A DNA stretch of 64,000 nucleotides from Eledone cirrhosa (taxonomy: Eukaryota): positions 100,688,001 to 100,752,000 of the forward strand of contig OZ024741.1 in the NCBI GenBank assembly GCA_964016885.1, read 5' to 3'. The notes beneath the pieces were generated by a model. It worked only from the letters and a program-made list of their open reading frames with translations, was not told the origin of the DNA and searched no databases. Made by a program: the position numbers and the translations under genes. Below are positions 40,796-55,822 of the stretch, piece by piece. The number at the start of each line of letters is the position of its first letter. Position 1 is the first letter of the stretch.

Positions 40796-41509
40796 TTTGT
40801 CTTTTGTCACACAAAAAAAACATGATAGGAATGGGGCCCCCTATCATTAAAACATCTAAGAAACCTCCTATGAGTTCCAGTTTGATAAGAGGCTAGCGAA
40901 ACCTGTGTAAGAGTGAGCAACAACAAAATACACAGACATGTACATTACAGAAGTTCATCCTTATCTTGGTGCTTGATCTGATTATCACATAATTTTCATT
41001 TGATTCTCTCTTTCATTCTTGTGTAAAGTGTTTGTAAAATTTAAAGAAATATATTCATTTTCTCTCTGGACCAAAGCATTAAGTCAATTAGTCACAAAAT
41101 TCAGCATTCCATTTTGAAAGAGATTTGAAAATTAGAACATATATTTATGGTTGTATATTTGCATATGTTTGTAAATTAAACTTAATAGCTGATTGGATCA
41201 TATTTTTCTATCATTTTCATCTTTATTATTATCAAATATCAACTGATCAGGTTTGATTTGGGGATTTTTGGTCTGCTCTGCATTCTAATACCTAGAATTC
41301 TTTCTTATAGTTATCGCATATATCTCAAATAACTCTTATCAAAATCTCAATTCCTCTTTCTCTCTGCTTGTGATTTCGTTTTTCTCTATTTCTAGATTAT
41401 TTTTCTGTATTCTTTTAAATGTTTGTGGTCTTCCCAATATTGTATTGAAAATATTCCAAGCAAATGTAAAATTGAACTAGTTCAAACATTCATGACCATA
41501 TGTTGTTGT

Positions 41510-41541
<32 letters not shown>

Positions 41542-44500
41542 CATGTGTATGTTAGTTCATGTGTGTCTCTCACAAATACTTAGCACACACTCATACCTTC
41601 ATGTGTATTTATGTGTGCATGTATGTCTATATACACACACCCATACACAATCTCGCATTGAATGTATTTATGTATGTTAATACACATATGTCTATACATT
41701 TTTTTCTATTTTGATGGCTTGTATATGTGAGAAAGAACAAGAATGAGTGTGTGAGTGACTGAGAGTTTCTGTGACTGAAAATCATTATGGCTGTGAAAAG
41801 AATTGCAGTATATATTTACTGAATAAAATATCTGCTTTTACTTCATTATTTTTGTTTAAATGAAGAAGAAAGTAAAAAAAAAAACATTGATTGTATTTTT
41901 TTTATTTTTTTTTTAAATTTTATTAATAATGATAATATTAAATAAATTATTATGTGGAAGTTGAATGTAAAATTGTAAATCTTTCAGTCCCAAGTTTTAA
42001 ATCAAAAGTCAACAAACATTCAGACATGTTCACTCCCCCACAAAAAGCAGAGCCAGAAAAGTTTTTAAACATTTCAGATAATAACAGAATTTTACATTCT
42101 AAGATTTAAATAAATTGTCAAATTCTCTTTCTCAGCTTTAATTTATATTTTGATCTTGAATTTTATTTCCTTCTCTCATATTTCTTTATTGAATCTAGAT
42201 CTGTTTATTTGATTCTAGACAAAAACTGATTCTAATTTATTTCTATAACTATCATTTTGATAAACTGGAAAAAAAAAAATACCAGAGAAGTTGTCAAAAA
42301 CTCATAAAAATATATGTGATACACTTATAAAAAAAAAAAACTATCAGTTTTATTTCATTCCTTTCTGCTTTATGTTTGTTGTTGTTCTTTGTTTGCTTTT
42401 TTTGCAGATTTTCTTTTATTAAAATCAGTTTTTCATTTTTTTTCATTTTTGCTAAAATGTTCTTTTTTCTAAGTCATTCATTTGATCACATCACACATTC
42501 CTATCTTTCTCCTCTCCCTCTTAACTAGAGCTATAGACACACAATTCAGTTGACTTCGTAACGAAACTGATAGAAATTAAAGTCTGTTTCATGACATCTC
42601 TTCAATAATCAGAAATATAGTTGAAAATTGAACAAAACATACTGCCAGCAATTAGCTGCCATTTTAATACACTGCACCATTGAATGGCAGAATTGCTATA
42701 CAAAATGTATTGCAATATTTAGTTATGTCTCTTTATATTGTGAGTTAAAATCCTGTTGAAGGTAGACTTTGCCTACATTATTATCCAGCCTGGGATCACT
42801 TTGAAATAGGAGGCATAAAAGAAATACCAGACAATGATATGTGGAAAAGAATCAATTCAATCAACTGTTGCTTCCTCCATAACTTAATGCCATTCTGTGC
42901 ACGTTAGAAATTATTATTAATATTATTATTAGGGTGGTGGGTTAACAGAATTGGTAGGGATGTCAGATCAAATACCATTGCAATATTTGTTCTGGCTCTT
43001 TACATTCTAAGTTCAAGTACCACTGAGCTTAAAGCTTAATAGAATAAAGTACCAGTAGAGTACTGGGGTCTATATAGGTTTTCCTTTTCCTCCAAATTGC
43101 TTACCTTGTGCTAATATTAGTTATATTGGTTATTGTTGTTACTTTCGTGAAATAAGATCAGTCTAAATTGCTAACTTCAGATAAGCCAGCTAAATATAAG
43201 TACCAGCACCACTGATTTTATACTACTAGAAAGGAAGAACATTATTTTGTAGAATGTCTGCTGCAATGATTCATATTATTTATCCAAATTTATATATATA
43301 AAGTTTAATATAGGAATGGCTTCTACAGGACTAGAACTGTTTCATTTGAAAGAAATCATCAGGAAAGCTTGATTATTTATTTCGAATAAAACAGTTCTAG
43401 TACTGTAGAAGCCCTTTCTATATTAAACTTGATGTTTACACTATTAATGTATTAAGTATCTTACTGTGGTTAACCCGGGACTCATATGCACTCTGCGGAA
43501 ACGTTACCCCTATTTCCACGGTGCTCCTGGAGTTCTGAAATTAATTTTTCATTTGTTATGCCTAGCTGTAAAACGTTTATCATTATCAACCCATTTTAGA
43601 ATACGGAGCTATTGTTGTTATTAAAAGACATTTATGCGTAACTGGTGGAAGTTCTTAGTAAAATATCCTGCCACCATTCAGAGTAATTTCCCTTTAAACA
43701 CAATTTGGTTATCTCCCTTTTTTTTAAATTCTATACAAAAATACATACACATATAAGCGTGTGTGTGTGTGTGTGTGTGTATATGTATATATATATAAGA
43801 ATTGTACTAGAATTGAAAAGTGTATATTTTTGAAATTGCGAACCTATGGGAGGGATGGAATTACACAACATTTAACAATGTGTTTACATTGCAAAATAAT
43901 TTTAAACACGTTAACATTAATAATTAGCAAATATAAATAACTTTCTGGTGTTATATCCCGTCTGTAACAAGCTACGTTTTTTTTTTAGAAATAAGATGTT
44001 AATCATGTTATATTTTACTTCATTCATTACTTTATAGAATATATTCGTTTTATTTATATCACACTGCATGTCTTTTAATTTAATGTTTAATTCTGCTAAA
44101 CTGTACCAATATGAAACATTTGTACACTCTTTAGTGGGGTTACAAATAGTTATTTTCTGTTCCCGTTTGTTATATAAAATATTTTTTTAAATAGTATTTT
44201 AAAGTGACATGGAGGAAGGCTTTTTTCTTTTTTCGTGTGTGCTCTGCTACTAACAATGTTTCTAACATTAATCTATTTATTAGTTAATAATCATGTTAAC
44301 AAAATAATATTGTTTTCTCAACAGCATGATAATCACTAACAAGGGACTTGCTTTAACCATTATCTATCGATTTCACATATTACCACTGTCCTTCATTTGT
44401 ACAAATAAATTGATATAATTTAATTAAAACAACTCTTTCCTATACATTCACAAACACAAGTTAACCACCGTATCTAAGCTGGAAAATTAGCTAAGTCCTT

Positions 44501-44642
44501 ACAATTTCTGTTATGGTAGTAATGATGGTAGTGGTGGTGGTTGAGAGTAGTAAGCCAGAAATATTATCAGGATAATGTATGCTCCAATCTCCTCTTTCTT
44601 CATCTTTAATCTGATCTAAAAGTTGTTAGTATCTAGACAAGC

Positions 44643-44697
<55 letters not shown>

Positions 44698-47471
44698 TTA
44701 TTTGTTTACTTTTCATGTGTATATATATATATAAACGAATAAACAACTCAGGGAAATTACAGTAAAGATATATATTTGCTTAATGCTTGATATAATACAA
44801 TAGATATATATATATATTAAGATTACTTTTTTTTAAGTATACATATGCTGATGTAATACATACATGGGTATAGTGATAAATATTTACAAATTGAGAAAAC
44901 CTAAGTTTACTTTTACAATATCATCCTTATGTGCTGTGAAGATACATTCTGAAATATTGTGTTCAGGTTTTGTCTATCAGCTATAGAAACTGTAATGTAA
45001 GGAAATGATATTGTTTCAGATACTAAAGTAAAAAATAACCCAGTTAGTCATAAATATATACAGGGATTGTGGAGTTGCTAAGGTCTCATCATGAGATACA
45101 GTGTGCCTTAGTTATTTTAAACATTGGTAATCCCTTCTCGTCCCAAGTCTGAACACACATGATTTCTACTGGTGAAGGAAAGAGAATTGACTTCAGTATT
45201 GGATTGCTATTTTATTATCAACCCTGAATGGCAAAGTTAACCTCAGTTGGATTTGAACTCGGAGTGCAAAGAGCAGGAACAGTTACTGTAACACATTCAA
45301 GTCAGCATTCTAATGACTACTAACTCACTGTGTTATATATTTTAATATGCTATGAAATAACTGCAGTTTTTTTTGTCACAGTAAAATTGTTAGATGCCCT
45401 GCTGTATCTATCGCAGTACTTTGTGTTTGGAATTCAAATCCCACTTGATGGCCCAGGATAATCATCCAATGATGGGCCTGCAACTGAAAACTGCAGTGGG
45501 TGGAGGGGGAGAATTGTGGCTGTCAACCATTGCAGCCAAATGATGATGATGATGTTATAATTATATATATATATAGTTCAGTAGTTTCCCATTACCTATA
45601 ATGTTTAGGAGATAGCACAATATAGATGCCTTACCTTTTGTTATGTTCTAAATTATAAGTATGTCTTATCACTTACATATATTTGCATGTAATTGGTAGG
45701 GAAATAATTGTAATTTAGAATCAATGCCCGATTGTGACTGATGTGTATGCCTGTTTGTATATTAGTATGTGTGCGCTTCAAAGACAGCTTATTACCATAG
45801 CAAATTAAAAGGGGATTACCTTTAATCCTGTAAATGAAGTATCAACAAGATATTTGTAAATAAAAAATATATATAATGGAATAAGTTCCTGCCACTTTCT
45901 CCACATGCAGTTGGGGATTGAACTCAGCACTGCAAGCTAACAAAACTGCCCAAAATGTCAACACCCACCTTTTTTCACAGCATGTCAATGTATTTAGTCT
46001 TATAAATTTTATTAACAATTATTTATACACCATTTCCATGTAGAGACTTTGCACAGTGCTGATAATATAAACTTATTTAGCATTCCTTAAAATTGTTTTT
46101 CGTTATTTTCTTAATTCCCCCATCTATCAAAACATTTTGATATTATCTAACTATAATTCAAATAATTTATTTAAATTTTTTTAGTTAACTCCATTTTACT
46201 CTTCTACTTGTTTCTGTTACTGAGTTATAATTATATTGGAACACTACCTTTTAGCTGTTCAAATATGTTTTATTTGAAAGCCCTTGCTTAAATACATAAC
46301 ATGCAAATTATACAAAATATGCTGACATCATTTTTCCCTTTATCAATGGATATTCATGCTACGTATATTTGAGGCTGCTTGCTAAACAGAAACACCACTG
46401 GTTGTTGAGAGATTAATTTAGTGTAAAGACATGAGAGAAGTCTTCAATGACTCATAACCAAATAGGTGATCTGTGTGTGTGTTAATTTCAAGTAAACTAA
46501 AATATCACTACTAGTTCCTTAATTCCTTGATTCACTTTCTATTCACAATTCTACTTTCTTAAATTTTTGCCAGAGATCTCACCCCAGCAGTTCCTCTCTG
46601 ATTTTGCCCCCCCCCCCCCCCCCCCCTTCTCTGTCTCTCATTTTCTGTTTGACCTTTCTCATCTTCTTTTCTCTTTCTACACACACTCATATGTACACAC
46701 AAATATAAAGACAACAGGAATACAGAGAAAGAAATATGATGTTCACTGAATGTAAATCCATTCTCTATAACTTACTGATTGCTATTTACCAACTATTTTA
46801 CCATTATGCTTCCAGTTAGTCAGCCTTTTTCAGTCTTTATTTATAACAATATAGTTTACACACCACCCAATAAGATGTACTCCAGTTATCTGGACACAAA
46901 TACTATATTGAATATCAACAGAATATCATGTTGCTATCTTTTATTAGTTTTCTTCTTCATTGCATCAGACTGAACTTTTATCCTCTTTTCAAATAAATAT
47001 TCTAACATTTATTTTAATCTCTATCCCACATCTTTATTCCTGTTTGTTTATACACATCTCTTGTTAAACATGTATGTGTGTGTCCTAAAGCCATTGAAGA
47101 CTTCATCTCTATGTAGTGTATCTAGCCAAACTGAACTCCTTCCTCTCCAATCAACACTGAATGAGATTGTTTGAAACTCAGAAATCAGTAGTAAAAGATT
47201 ACAAAACACTGATAATGAGTTTATAATAAAGAAATCATTATTTCATGTGTTTTCTTGGTTGCTACACATACACATATACACAATTTTACTTATTTTCCCC
47301 ATCCCTACTATCTGAAACTGACATATACTCATCATATCTCTCTTCATAATCATAACATCAAAGAATTCATACATTTTTTTCATAAATATTTAAAAAAAAA
47401 AACAACAAAAAAGACAGTCTCCGGATGATTGCTCCGTTCGTTTGATGCTAACATTTTTTCTACAATTACAG

Positions 47472-47620
47472 TGAAGCCTCAACAAAGCTCTAGCCCTTAT
47501 AAGAGACCCAACCCTCCAGTATCAAGTGGCCCTATTAAACCCCGTTCACCAATGCCAATAGTAACACCTAAAGCCCCAGATGTTACTCTAAAATCAGGAA
47601 AAGAAGAGACTGAGATGCAG
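47472..47620 (+). CDS. NEO1: DCC/neogenin cytoplasmic exon preceding P3
   Basis: aattacag| ... CAG|gtaagg. VKPQQSSSPYKRPNPPVSSGPIKPRSPMPIVTPKAPDVTLKSGKEETEMQ; the spliced PKHLVKPQ..SPYK resembles the frazzled-type segment. Confidence 0.85.
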
Positions 47621-47701
47621 GTAAGGTTAGGACTGGAGAATATCACACAAAAAGTAGGAAGAAAGATATTGTGTATATAAATCACACACACACACACACA
47701 T

Positions 47702-47737
<36 letters not shown>

Positions 47738-47840
47738 TTATATGCATGGAGTTTATATATATAATATATATATATATATACACACATACATACACATAGA
47801 CACTCATACAGAGAGAGGGTTGTATAGGAATGAATGTTTA

Positions 47841-47880
<40 letters not shown>

Positions 47881-48298
47881 CATACATACATAAAGTGTTA
47901 AAAGAATGGATGTTTATGTGTATACATAAACATCCATTCTTGCATATATATAGAGAGAGATAGCTATAGAATATTTGTTATATATATGTATTATATATAA
48001 ATATGGATTTATGTTTCTTTAAAAACTACCTTGATATGGTTAATTTTGTCAGTTTCCTTACCATATCTTTCTTAGATATATATTCTTTCTTTCCATCTGT
48101 CTTTCTTTCTACCCCTTTTGAAATAATATATTTCAATTTTTTTCTCTTTCTCTTTATCTCTTTTGTTTTGTGTGTACGTATGTGTGTGTTTGCGTCTTGG
48201 ATTACTGCATCAAAAGTCTAAACACTATGCTATGAGAGCTTGTAAATCAGGTTTCACAAAATTTTCAATTGTTCATTGAAAAATGTTCAAAGTTTTCA

Positions 48299-48340
<42 letters not shown>

Positions 48341-48577
48341 ATAAAGAGTTTAAAGAGAATTCTTAAAATCAATTAACATTGACTGGATTAAAAGACTCTA
48401 TATTATACATGTAGAATCGAGTCTGATATTATATCGTTATTGACAGTGGCTTTGAAGGTTTACCAGTGGCAGCTTATTCAGTCTCAATAGGCCTCCTCTG
48501 ACAAAACTTTGAAGTTGCTATCAAGAAAATTATCATATACATGTATATGTATATATATATATATGTGTGTGTATGTA

Positions 48578-48608
<31 letters not shown>

Positions 48609-48611
48609 GTT

Positions 48612-48650
<39 letters not shown>

Positions 48651-49512
48651 ATATAATGTCTGTCTTCATGACTGATGGCTTCGTAATGGGTTTTTTTTTT
48701 TCTTTGTCTCCCTATTATTTTATTGTTGTCTTGTTTCCCTTTTGTCTCATCCCCTACACACATCACAATAGTAGTAATTATTATGACTATTATTATTATT
48801 ATTATCTTTTTAACCCTTTTTCCTCCCTTGTCTGACACTTTCTTTCAGATGAAACAATCTCTAACTAATCAACTGACGAAATCTTTCTTTTTTTTTTTTC
48901 CTTTCTTTCAAAGAAAGAAGAGAAGGAATATAATTTTTAGAGTAAGATATCTCTGAAACGACATGTAAATACAGCCTGAAGTCACCATTCCACAGACATA
49001 TATCATATCATATAATCATAATTATATCATTTTTACTTCATAATTAAATATTAATTAGTATGGATACTGTCTGCAGTAGTAATTGAATTGTTTTCAGTTT
49101 CTTTACCTTTTTTTTTTTTTTCACCTTTTAATATTTTAATTTGGCATAATTTTTAATCATCATCATCATCCCCATTGTTCTTATTATTATTATTATTATA
49201 GAGACATAAAAGCAGACAGGAAAGCCTACAATACATCAATTTAAGAAGTCATTTAAGTTGTTCATTTAGAATATTTTCTTTGTGAAATTAAAAGGATAAA
49301 AAAAGTTTTACTTTATTTTTTTTTTTCCATAGAAGCTCTCACTCATATATATATATATATACATACACACACAAGGTTCACTTAGTGTTATATTAATGGA
49401 CAACATTTCTCCTTAAAATTGCCCCTCTATATCTTGCACGTTTTCTCATGCATTTTTTTTTTTCATATTTGTTTTTCTATATACTACTTCCTTTCTAACT
49501 TTTGTGCCTGTC

Positions 49513-49555
<43 letters not shown>

Positions 49556-50615
49556 GTATTCTATCCCTCTCTCTCTCTCTTTTTTCTCTTTCTCCAAGTT
49601 TTCCTCTACAACCACCAGTCATGGAAGCCAACAGAACAATTAGTAAAAAGCCTTAGGCTAACTTTACATAACAGTGCCACAGACATCCCCACTACCCAAC
49701 TTCTTAACGGGGCTATTATTGCTTCATCCAAGATATTATACTTTGTTTTCACATTCCTACCTTGCACCATCAGCTCTTTCTTTTCATCACTCATACATTA
49801 ATTCATTCATATTTATATATATCATCATCATCATCATCCTATATAATATGCCAAGATTTTTCAATCTTCTGGTAATCTTTTAATGCCATAAAAATTTATA
49901 TACATTTTTTTTTTCTATTTTCTTTTACCTGATATTTTATTTTTCGCTTCAAAGGTATAAAATATATTTCCTTAATTATTTTAAACTAATGTTTCAGGAA
50001 GAAAATATATATATATATATATTAGTGAGGGGGTTTTTAAGTCATCATTAATATCCATAGAAAACTTTCCTATAAATGTGAGATATTATATTATGCATGT
50101 ATGAGAAAGTAACGCTGTGATCTCATGTTGACATCAACACCAGCCACTAAAGAAACAAGTAAAAAATAGTTTTCCTTACATCATGAATATATTTCTAAAC
50201 AATTACATCATGGGAGAACCATGTTAGCTATTTAAACCATACACATTATCTTTATTTGTGCTTTATTCCTTGGTTTAGTGTATAGTATGAAGTGTGAAAA
50301 GGTTTCCTAGTACATGTTCAACCTTGGCACTATCAAAACAATTACAACTCAATAGATTTCTCAGCATAAGAAAATATAGGCTGGTATCTATGTTGGGCTC
50401 TTGTGTGTTTTAAGAAATTTGCTTTGCAGTCTCATGGTTTTGGGTTCAATCTCACTATGCAGCAGTTTATGCATCTGTCTGTTTTCCATTATAGCCTCAG
50501 GTTGACCAGTATTTTGTGAGTGGAATTAGATAAAACCAAAAAAGCTCTGAGGAAGTTAGTCATGTACATGTGTGTGTATATTTTTCATTGATATATGTCA
50601 GTGAAGGATGTAAAC

Positions 50616-50757
50616 CAGGCATGGGCAACCTTTTTCAAGCAGTGAGCTGCATAGGATGTGGCTCATCATAAGGCAGGTCACACTACTAGAATAAGACAAT
50701 TTTGAAATTAAGCGTGCAATTCAGAATGCCAAATGGGCCGCAGTTTGCCTATGACTG
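50616..50757. mobile_element. hAT-type MITE
   Basis: TIRs CAGGCATGGGCAA / TTGCCTATGACTG; perfect 8-bp TSD ATGTAAAC (50608-50615, 50758-50765). Confidence 0.9.
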
Positions 50758-53005
50758 ATGTAAACATTGACAAAAAAAACCTGTGCCCTTTGAGAAAAGT
50801 CTCTTGTACTACATTACAGATACTCTATTGTTACTCTTTGCTATCAGAAATAAAGTGAACCAGTGATTGGTCCATTTGAAACCAGTAACCACTGACAATA
50901 CTATTCACAATTTATGATATAATATATATAGGGGATAAATACAGCAACTGGATAAAATTTAATCCTTTCATGAACCACAAAGATCTGTATGACTATGTCA
51001 TAACTCTGGTTTCTAAAGAGTTAAATTATATACAGCTATGTATCTGAAATTTTGGCTTTACTTATTAACAATAAAAAAAAATCTTGAAATGCTTAACTGA
51101 CCTCGTGGTTAACAAAGAGGAATATTCTATAAATTGAGGATAAAATCTCAAACACTGAACACTTCAGTTGGTAATTGATATAGTGTGTGTCTGTGTCAGT
51201 TTACACTCAAACTCCTGTACCATATTACTATTGAATATTAATATAACTGCTGTCTGACATACAGGCATGTAATTTTGTATTAAGTATGTAAGATATGTGT
51301 ACTTTAAAGAAAGAGCAACTGCCAGAGAGTGTTTGTGTTAAAAAGAGAAAAAGATAGTTTGTGCAGATAAGAGAGAGAAAGAGATAGTGTTTGTATGTTT
51401 TAGAGAGGAGAGATAGTTTGTGTGCGATACTAAATTACTTGCTCAGGACATATTCTTTTTAATTGCATTTTTTTATGTTCAAAGAAGAAACAAATTCTTT
51501 CAATATTTTAAACTGTAATTTAAAATTAGTCCAATATTTACAATTCCATTTCTCATTTTATCTTATTTTTTATAACATTTTAATGATGTTATCTTAATTT
51601 CAATATAATAAAACTAAGTTAAAAATCTCATTATCTCATTATCACATTTATAATGAATAATGTTAATCAGAACATCTCAGATCTTTTTCTTTTGTCTCAT
51701 ACTTTTTTTAATTTTCCAACTGTGTCTCTCTGCAATGGTGTCCAACTTCTTCAATCTAATCTTTGGTTCTCTGCAATATCACATTATTAAAATACTCAAA
51801 CCCCGCCTTATAATTCTAACATGGGCAAGAAGTTTCACATATATTGGTTTTATTTGATCTGGTGTTTTGCATGCCACTGTTCACCTAACATTTTCTCATA
51901 TAATAACCTGCTACTTCAATGGCAAACTTGTTTAATTATTTCAACCTACTACTAGATCAAGCCAATTGTTATACAGCAACTTTATAGCAATGGAGCAATT
52001 GTTTGTTTATTCCTCATTTTAAACTTTTTTATATTTACTTTACATATATATCCTAAGAGATTTACAACAGAATTGGTAGGGCAGAATGCATTTTGCTATT
52101 TAGTTTCATACTTTTGTGTTCCATTCGTGCATCCCACTGAGATCGACTTTGCTTTTCCACCTACTGGAGTCACATAAAAATAAAAAGTACCAGTCATATA
52201 TTGGCGTTGATATAATCCACTGAACTCTCCAACAATATTTGTAACCTTGTGCCTATGATGGAAATCATTTTATTATTATTTTATTTATTGTATTGCTTCT
52301 GGTATCTCATATACCAATCTGAATTTGGTTCCTAGTCAGCAACATTTGAATTTCCTTTGCTAATTTATTTTGAAAGGGTATGTATGCTACAACTTGGCAT
52401 ATACTCATATTTCCCTCTTCTACTGATGTTTATGTCAGAAATTTATATCATTATGGTTAAAGGAAAGAGAAAATGTTAATCAACCATTCTCCATTATTCA
52501 TTTTAGATCAATTCATATTTTAGTTGTCTTCTTCTTTGCTCACTTATTCCTGAGAGGGTTGTTGGGACAGAGTCCTCAGACATGTCTTTCAAAGGGTCCT
52601 ATCAGAAGCAATTGTCTTTAAATCATCTGGCTGGATCCCCAATGAAACCAACTGAGCTTATAGATGTTATCCAACCATCTTGCTCATGGTATAACTCTGT
52701 CCTGCAGTTATTTCCTTAAATGTTCTAACCACATGTCCATAGTGCCTCGTCTTGTTTAACACCATCACCACCACATAAAAACATTTGATGCCTTTAGCAC
52801 AGTCTTGATACAATGATTTTCTCATATTCTTGATTCTAGCCTTGTGCCAGATTATCTCTTTTGATGGACTAAGAGAGGTCACATAATATTAATTCAAATT
52901 AAATTTCTAGGAAACTGCTGCCACATTATTAATTCTTTCACTACCAAAGCTTCCCAATGTTGCTTTATTTATTGATAAGAAACATGTGATGTGTTTACTC
53001 ATAAT

Positions 53006-53272
53006 AATGTCCTGATTAAAAGAAGTTCTGGACCATCTGTTGCCAGAAAACCTTTGGTGTACTTGTAATGTCCAGATTAAAAGAGGGCTTGTTTGTTGCC
53101 AGAGAACCGTTAGTGTACCTCTAATGTCCAGATTAAAAGAGGTCCTTGGGTGTTCTTTATCAATGAACCTTTGTTGTACCTGTCATATCCACATAAAAAG
53201 AGGTCCTGGACCGTCTGTTGCCAGAGAACCCTTGGTGTACCTCTATTGTCCAGATTAAAAGAGGTCTTGGAC
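53006..53272. repeat. About 60-bp minisatellite, about 4.5 copies
   Basis: Unit aatgtccagattaaaagaggtcctggaccgtctgttgccagagaacccttggtgtacctct. Confidence 0.88.
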
Positions 53273-54550
53273 CGTGCACTGCTGTTCTTCCTCTGAATGC
53301 AGCTAACATTTTAAGGCTATTTTTCTCTTCAAATACAGCATTGGGAACCTTCTGATGGGTTTCATATGAAACAGGTCATTTTTGAAGCAAGGTTTTATAA
53401 CTGTTGCCTTCTTTGACTTGGAGTGTTATTGTGTTCTTATCTTAAACAGGATAGACGGCCAATGAAAGTTTAGCAACAAAAAATGTTTCTTTTAACTTTG
53501 CCAGTCATTTCTGCCATTATTCAGTCTCTAGCTTAGTTGAGAGTATCTTTATACTGATATCCATAAATAACTAATTACCGGCTTATTTGTACAAACTTTA
53601 TTTTCATTTGGTGACCGATTTGAAGAACTCTTGAAAGCCTGATGGGGTTGTTTTTTTTGTTTTTTTTTTTTCTTTTTTTTTAATTTACCATTCCTCGTCA
53701 GAAAAGATCTCAGTTAGTATTAGTGCTGCCCTCTTCTGACTGCATGTCTGCCTCCTTATGCACATATACATCCACTCACAAACTTGCACGTAGTGACTTA
53801 AATGCACACACTGAAAGCTTCAACTAACATTTCCTAAGTCACACCTCTAAAATTATATAACAATATGAACAAAAGGTTCAGCATTAATTCTTGGGACATT
53901 GGCTTTTGAATCTTTTGTAGGAGTTGTGGGTAGCTTAACCAGAAATTTATAAGACAAAATACTTTGTAGTATGTGTTACATGCGAATTTCAACTCTTGCC
54001 GAGAACAGTAGAGTCAATACCAATTATCCACTGTGGTTCATGTGATCAACTAAAACTAATACTTCTGAAAGAGTTGCGTTAACGTAGCCACCAAAGATTG
54101 AAACTAGTAAAAAAGTGTTAATATATACATTCATTCTTTTTGATTTGTGGTCTATCCAGTCCCTGAATATAATATATATATATATATTATGTACATAGAG
54201 AGTGAGAAAATATATTTATAGTAACATCATCACCATCATTTTTACAAATGCTTTTTCATGCTGACATGGGTTGAACAAGACATTTTTTTAGGCAGTTTTA
54301 TTTACAGCTGGATGCCATTCCTGATGCCAACCCATACTTTAATTTTTTTAAGCGGGGTCTACTCTGATTCTTGCTAAAGGTACCCTTCAGCCAGGTGTGG
54401 GTTTTAAACTGAACAACAGATTAAGTATATCACCTTCACTAGATCATACAGGGATTTGAACTCAGAACACAAAGCACCAGAACAAATACCACTGACTAAT
54501 GCTTTGTTTATTGAAAGTGGTAGATAAAAACTTTACAGACAACCATTATA

Positions 54551-54622
54551 CAGGGTGTCCCCCAAAACAATATTGCCTGTACAGGTATTCAAAATGTGTA
54601 TACATTTTTGGAGGACACCCTG
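54551..54622. mobile_element. Tiny Tc1/mariner MITE
   Basis: TA|CAGGGTGTCCCCCAAAA ... TTTTGGAGGACACCCTG|TA. Confidence 0.85.
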
Positions 54623-55320
54623 TATATATTGACATACACACACAGACATATATATACACCACACTATATATATAAAACCATAAAGCAAATATTCATTATT
54701 AGTAGATTAAAAGTTTAAGCAAGCAATTTCTGCTTTCACTCTTATATGGGATCTTCTGAAGGCGAAAGTAGAAACTGCTTAAATTTTTGATATGTGTTAA
54801 TAATATATATACATGAGTAACATAATGCAGTAGACTACCCCACCCCTAACCCCAGCTATATTACTGTGTACCCACACTATCAATAATGATGATAAATAAA
54901 TATGTTTGTGTGACTTTGTCTCATTCACATGTCACAAGAGTAGATTTACCATTTTTTAAATATGTGATTTGCTATATAGAACCATCCTAGAATCCAGACT
55001 ATTGAATATCTTAGAGCTGTCTAAAAAAATGTTTTATCCAAAAGCTAATGTTGGCTCAAATCACATTGGAGGTGTTGTTTTTAGCTATTTCAATCTTTTT
55101 TCTACTTATCTCACCAGACTCTGTTGGGAATAAATATTGTATTAAATTAACAAACTACGGAATTAAATAGAACAGTGAAAATTTGTATTATTCAGAATCA
55201 AAAATATAGTTTTCCTTTTTCATACATTTTTATATATTTATATATATATATATATATATATGTGTGTGGGAATGTGTCTTTTATAATGTGTGTGTATATA
55301 TATATATATATACATTATAA

Positions 55321-55510
55321 AAGACACATTCCCACATCCATAGGGGAAGGGGGCCAGAGAACAGCAGAAAAGAAGATAGACAGATGATATTAAGGAATGG
55401 GTAGGAAGGAGTTTGGCAGAATGTACGGCAATGGCAAGAGACAGGAAAAGATGGAAAGTACTGGTCCATAAGTCCATGACCCCCAATCCTCAGATATGAG
55501 GAGGATATAA
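55321..55510 (+). mobile_element. Short RTE-like LINE 3' end
   Basis: Reads DDIKEWVGRSLAECTAMARDRKRWKVLVHKSMTP, a typical RTE C-terminus. Confidence 0.7.
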
Positions 55511-55741
55511 TATGACAAAGAACAAGCATTTTAAGGCCATATCCAACTTAAAATAAGTACACCATATCTCTCCGGGTTGAAGGGGGTGACTAAATACAGT
55601 AATTTGGATGTACATGGCATATGTGAAATGGACCTCTATCAGTTTCAACAATGAGTTTTCTAGTTCAGTCAACAGAACAGCCTGCTCATGAAATTAACTT
55701 TTATGCAGCTGAGCATTCCAATGACACATGATCCCTTAATG

Positions 55742-55822
55742 CTGGGTTTCCCAAACATTTTCAAACATGGAACCCTTTTTGGTTCAGAAACTTTTTTGCA
55801 GAACCCACTTTTGGAACCACTG
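55742..55822. mobile_element. hAT-type MITE nested in an interspersed repeat
   Basis: CTGGGTTTCCCAAA...TTTGGAACCACTG with 8-bp TSD CCTTAATG. The host repeat also occurs uninterrupted at about 3735-3840 and 14730-14830. Confidence 0.8.

Noticed and set aside
41988-42110. Phase-1 acceptor with an open frame VPSFKSKVNKHSDMFTPPQKAEPEK
   Set aside because: Weak pyrimidine tract, no convincing donor, and exons 31381 and 47472 already join into a family-like sequence.
48849-48956. Acceptor followed by MKQSLTNQLTKSF, faintly like the start of a P3 exon
   Set aside because: Runs into poly-T and lacks the P3 motif.
53006-53272. Regular AATGTCCAGATTAAAAGAGG motif resembling repeat-spacer structure
   Set aside because: The intervening sequences are homologous to each other, so this is a ~60-bp tandem repeat.
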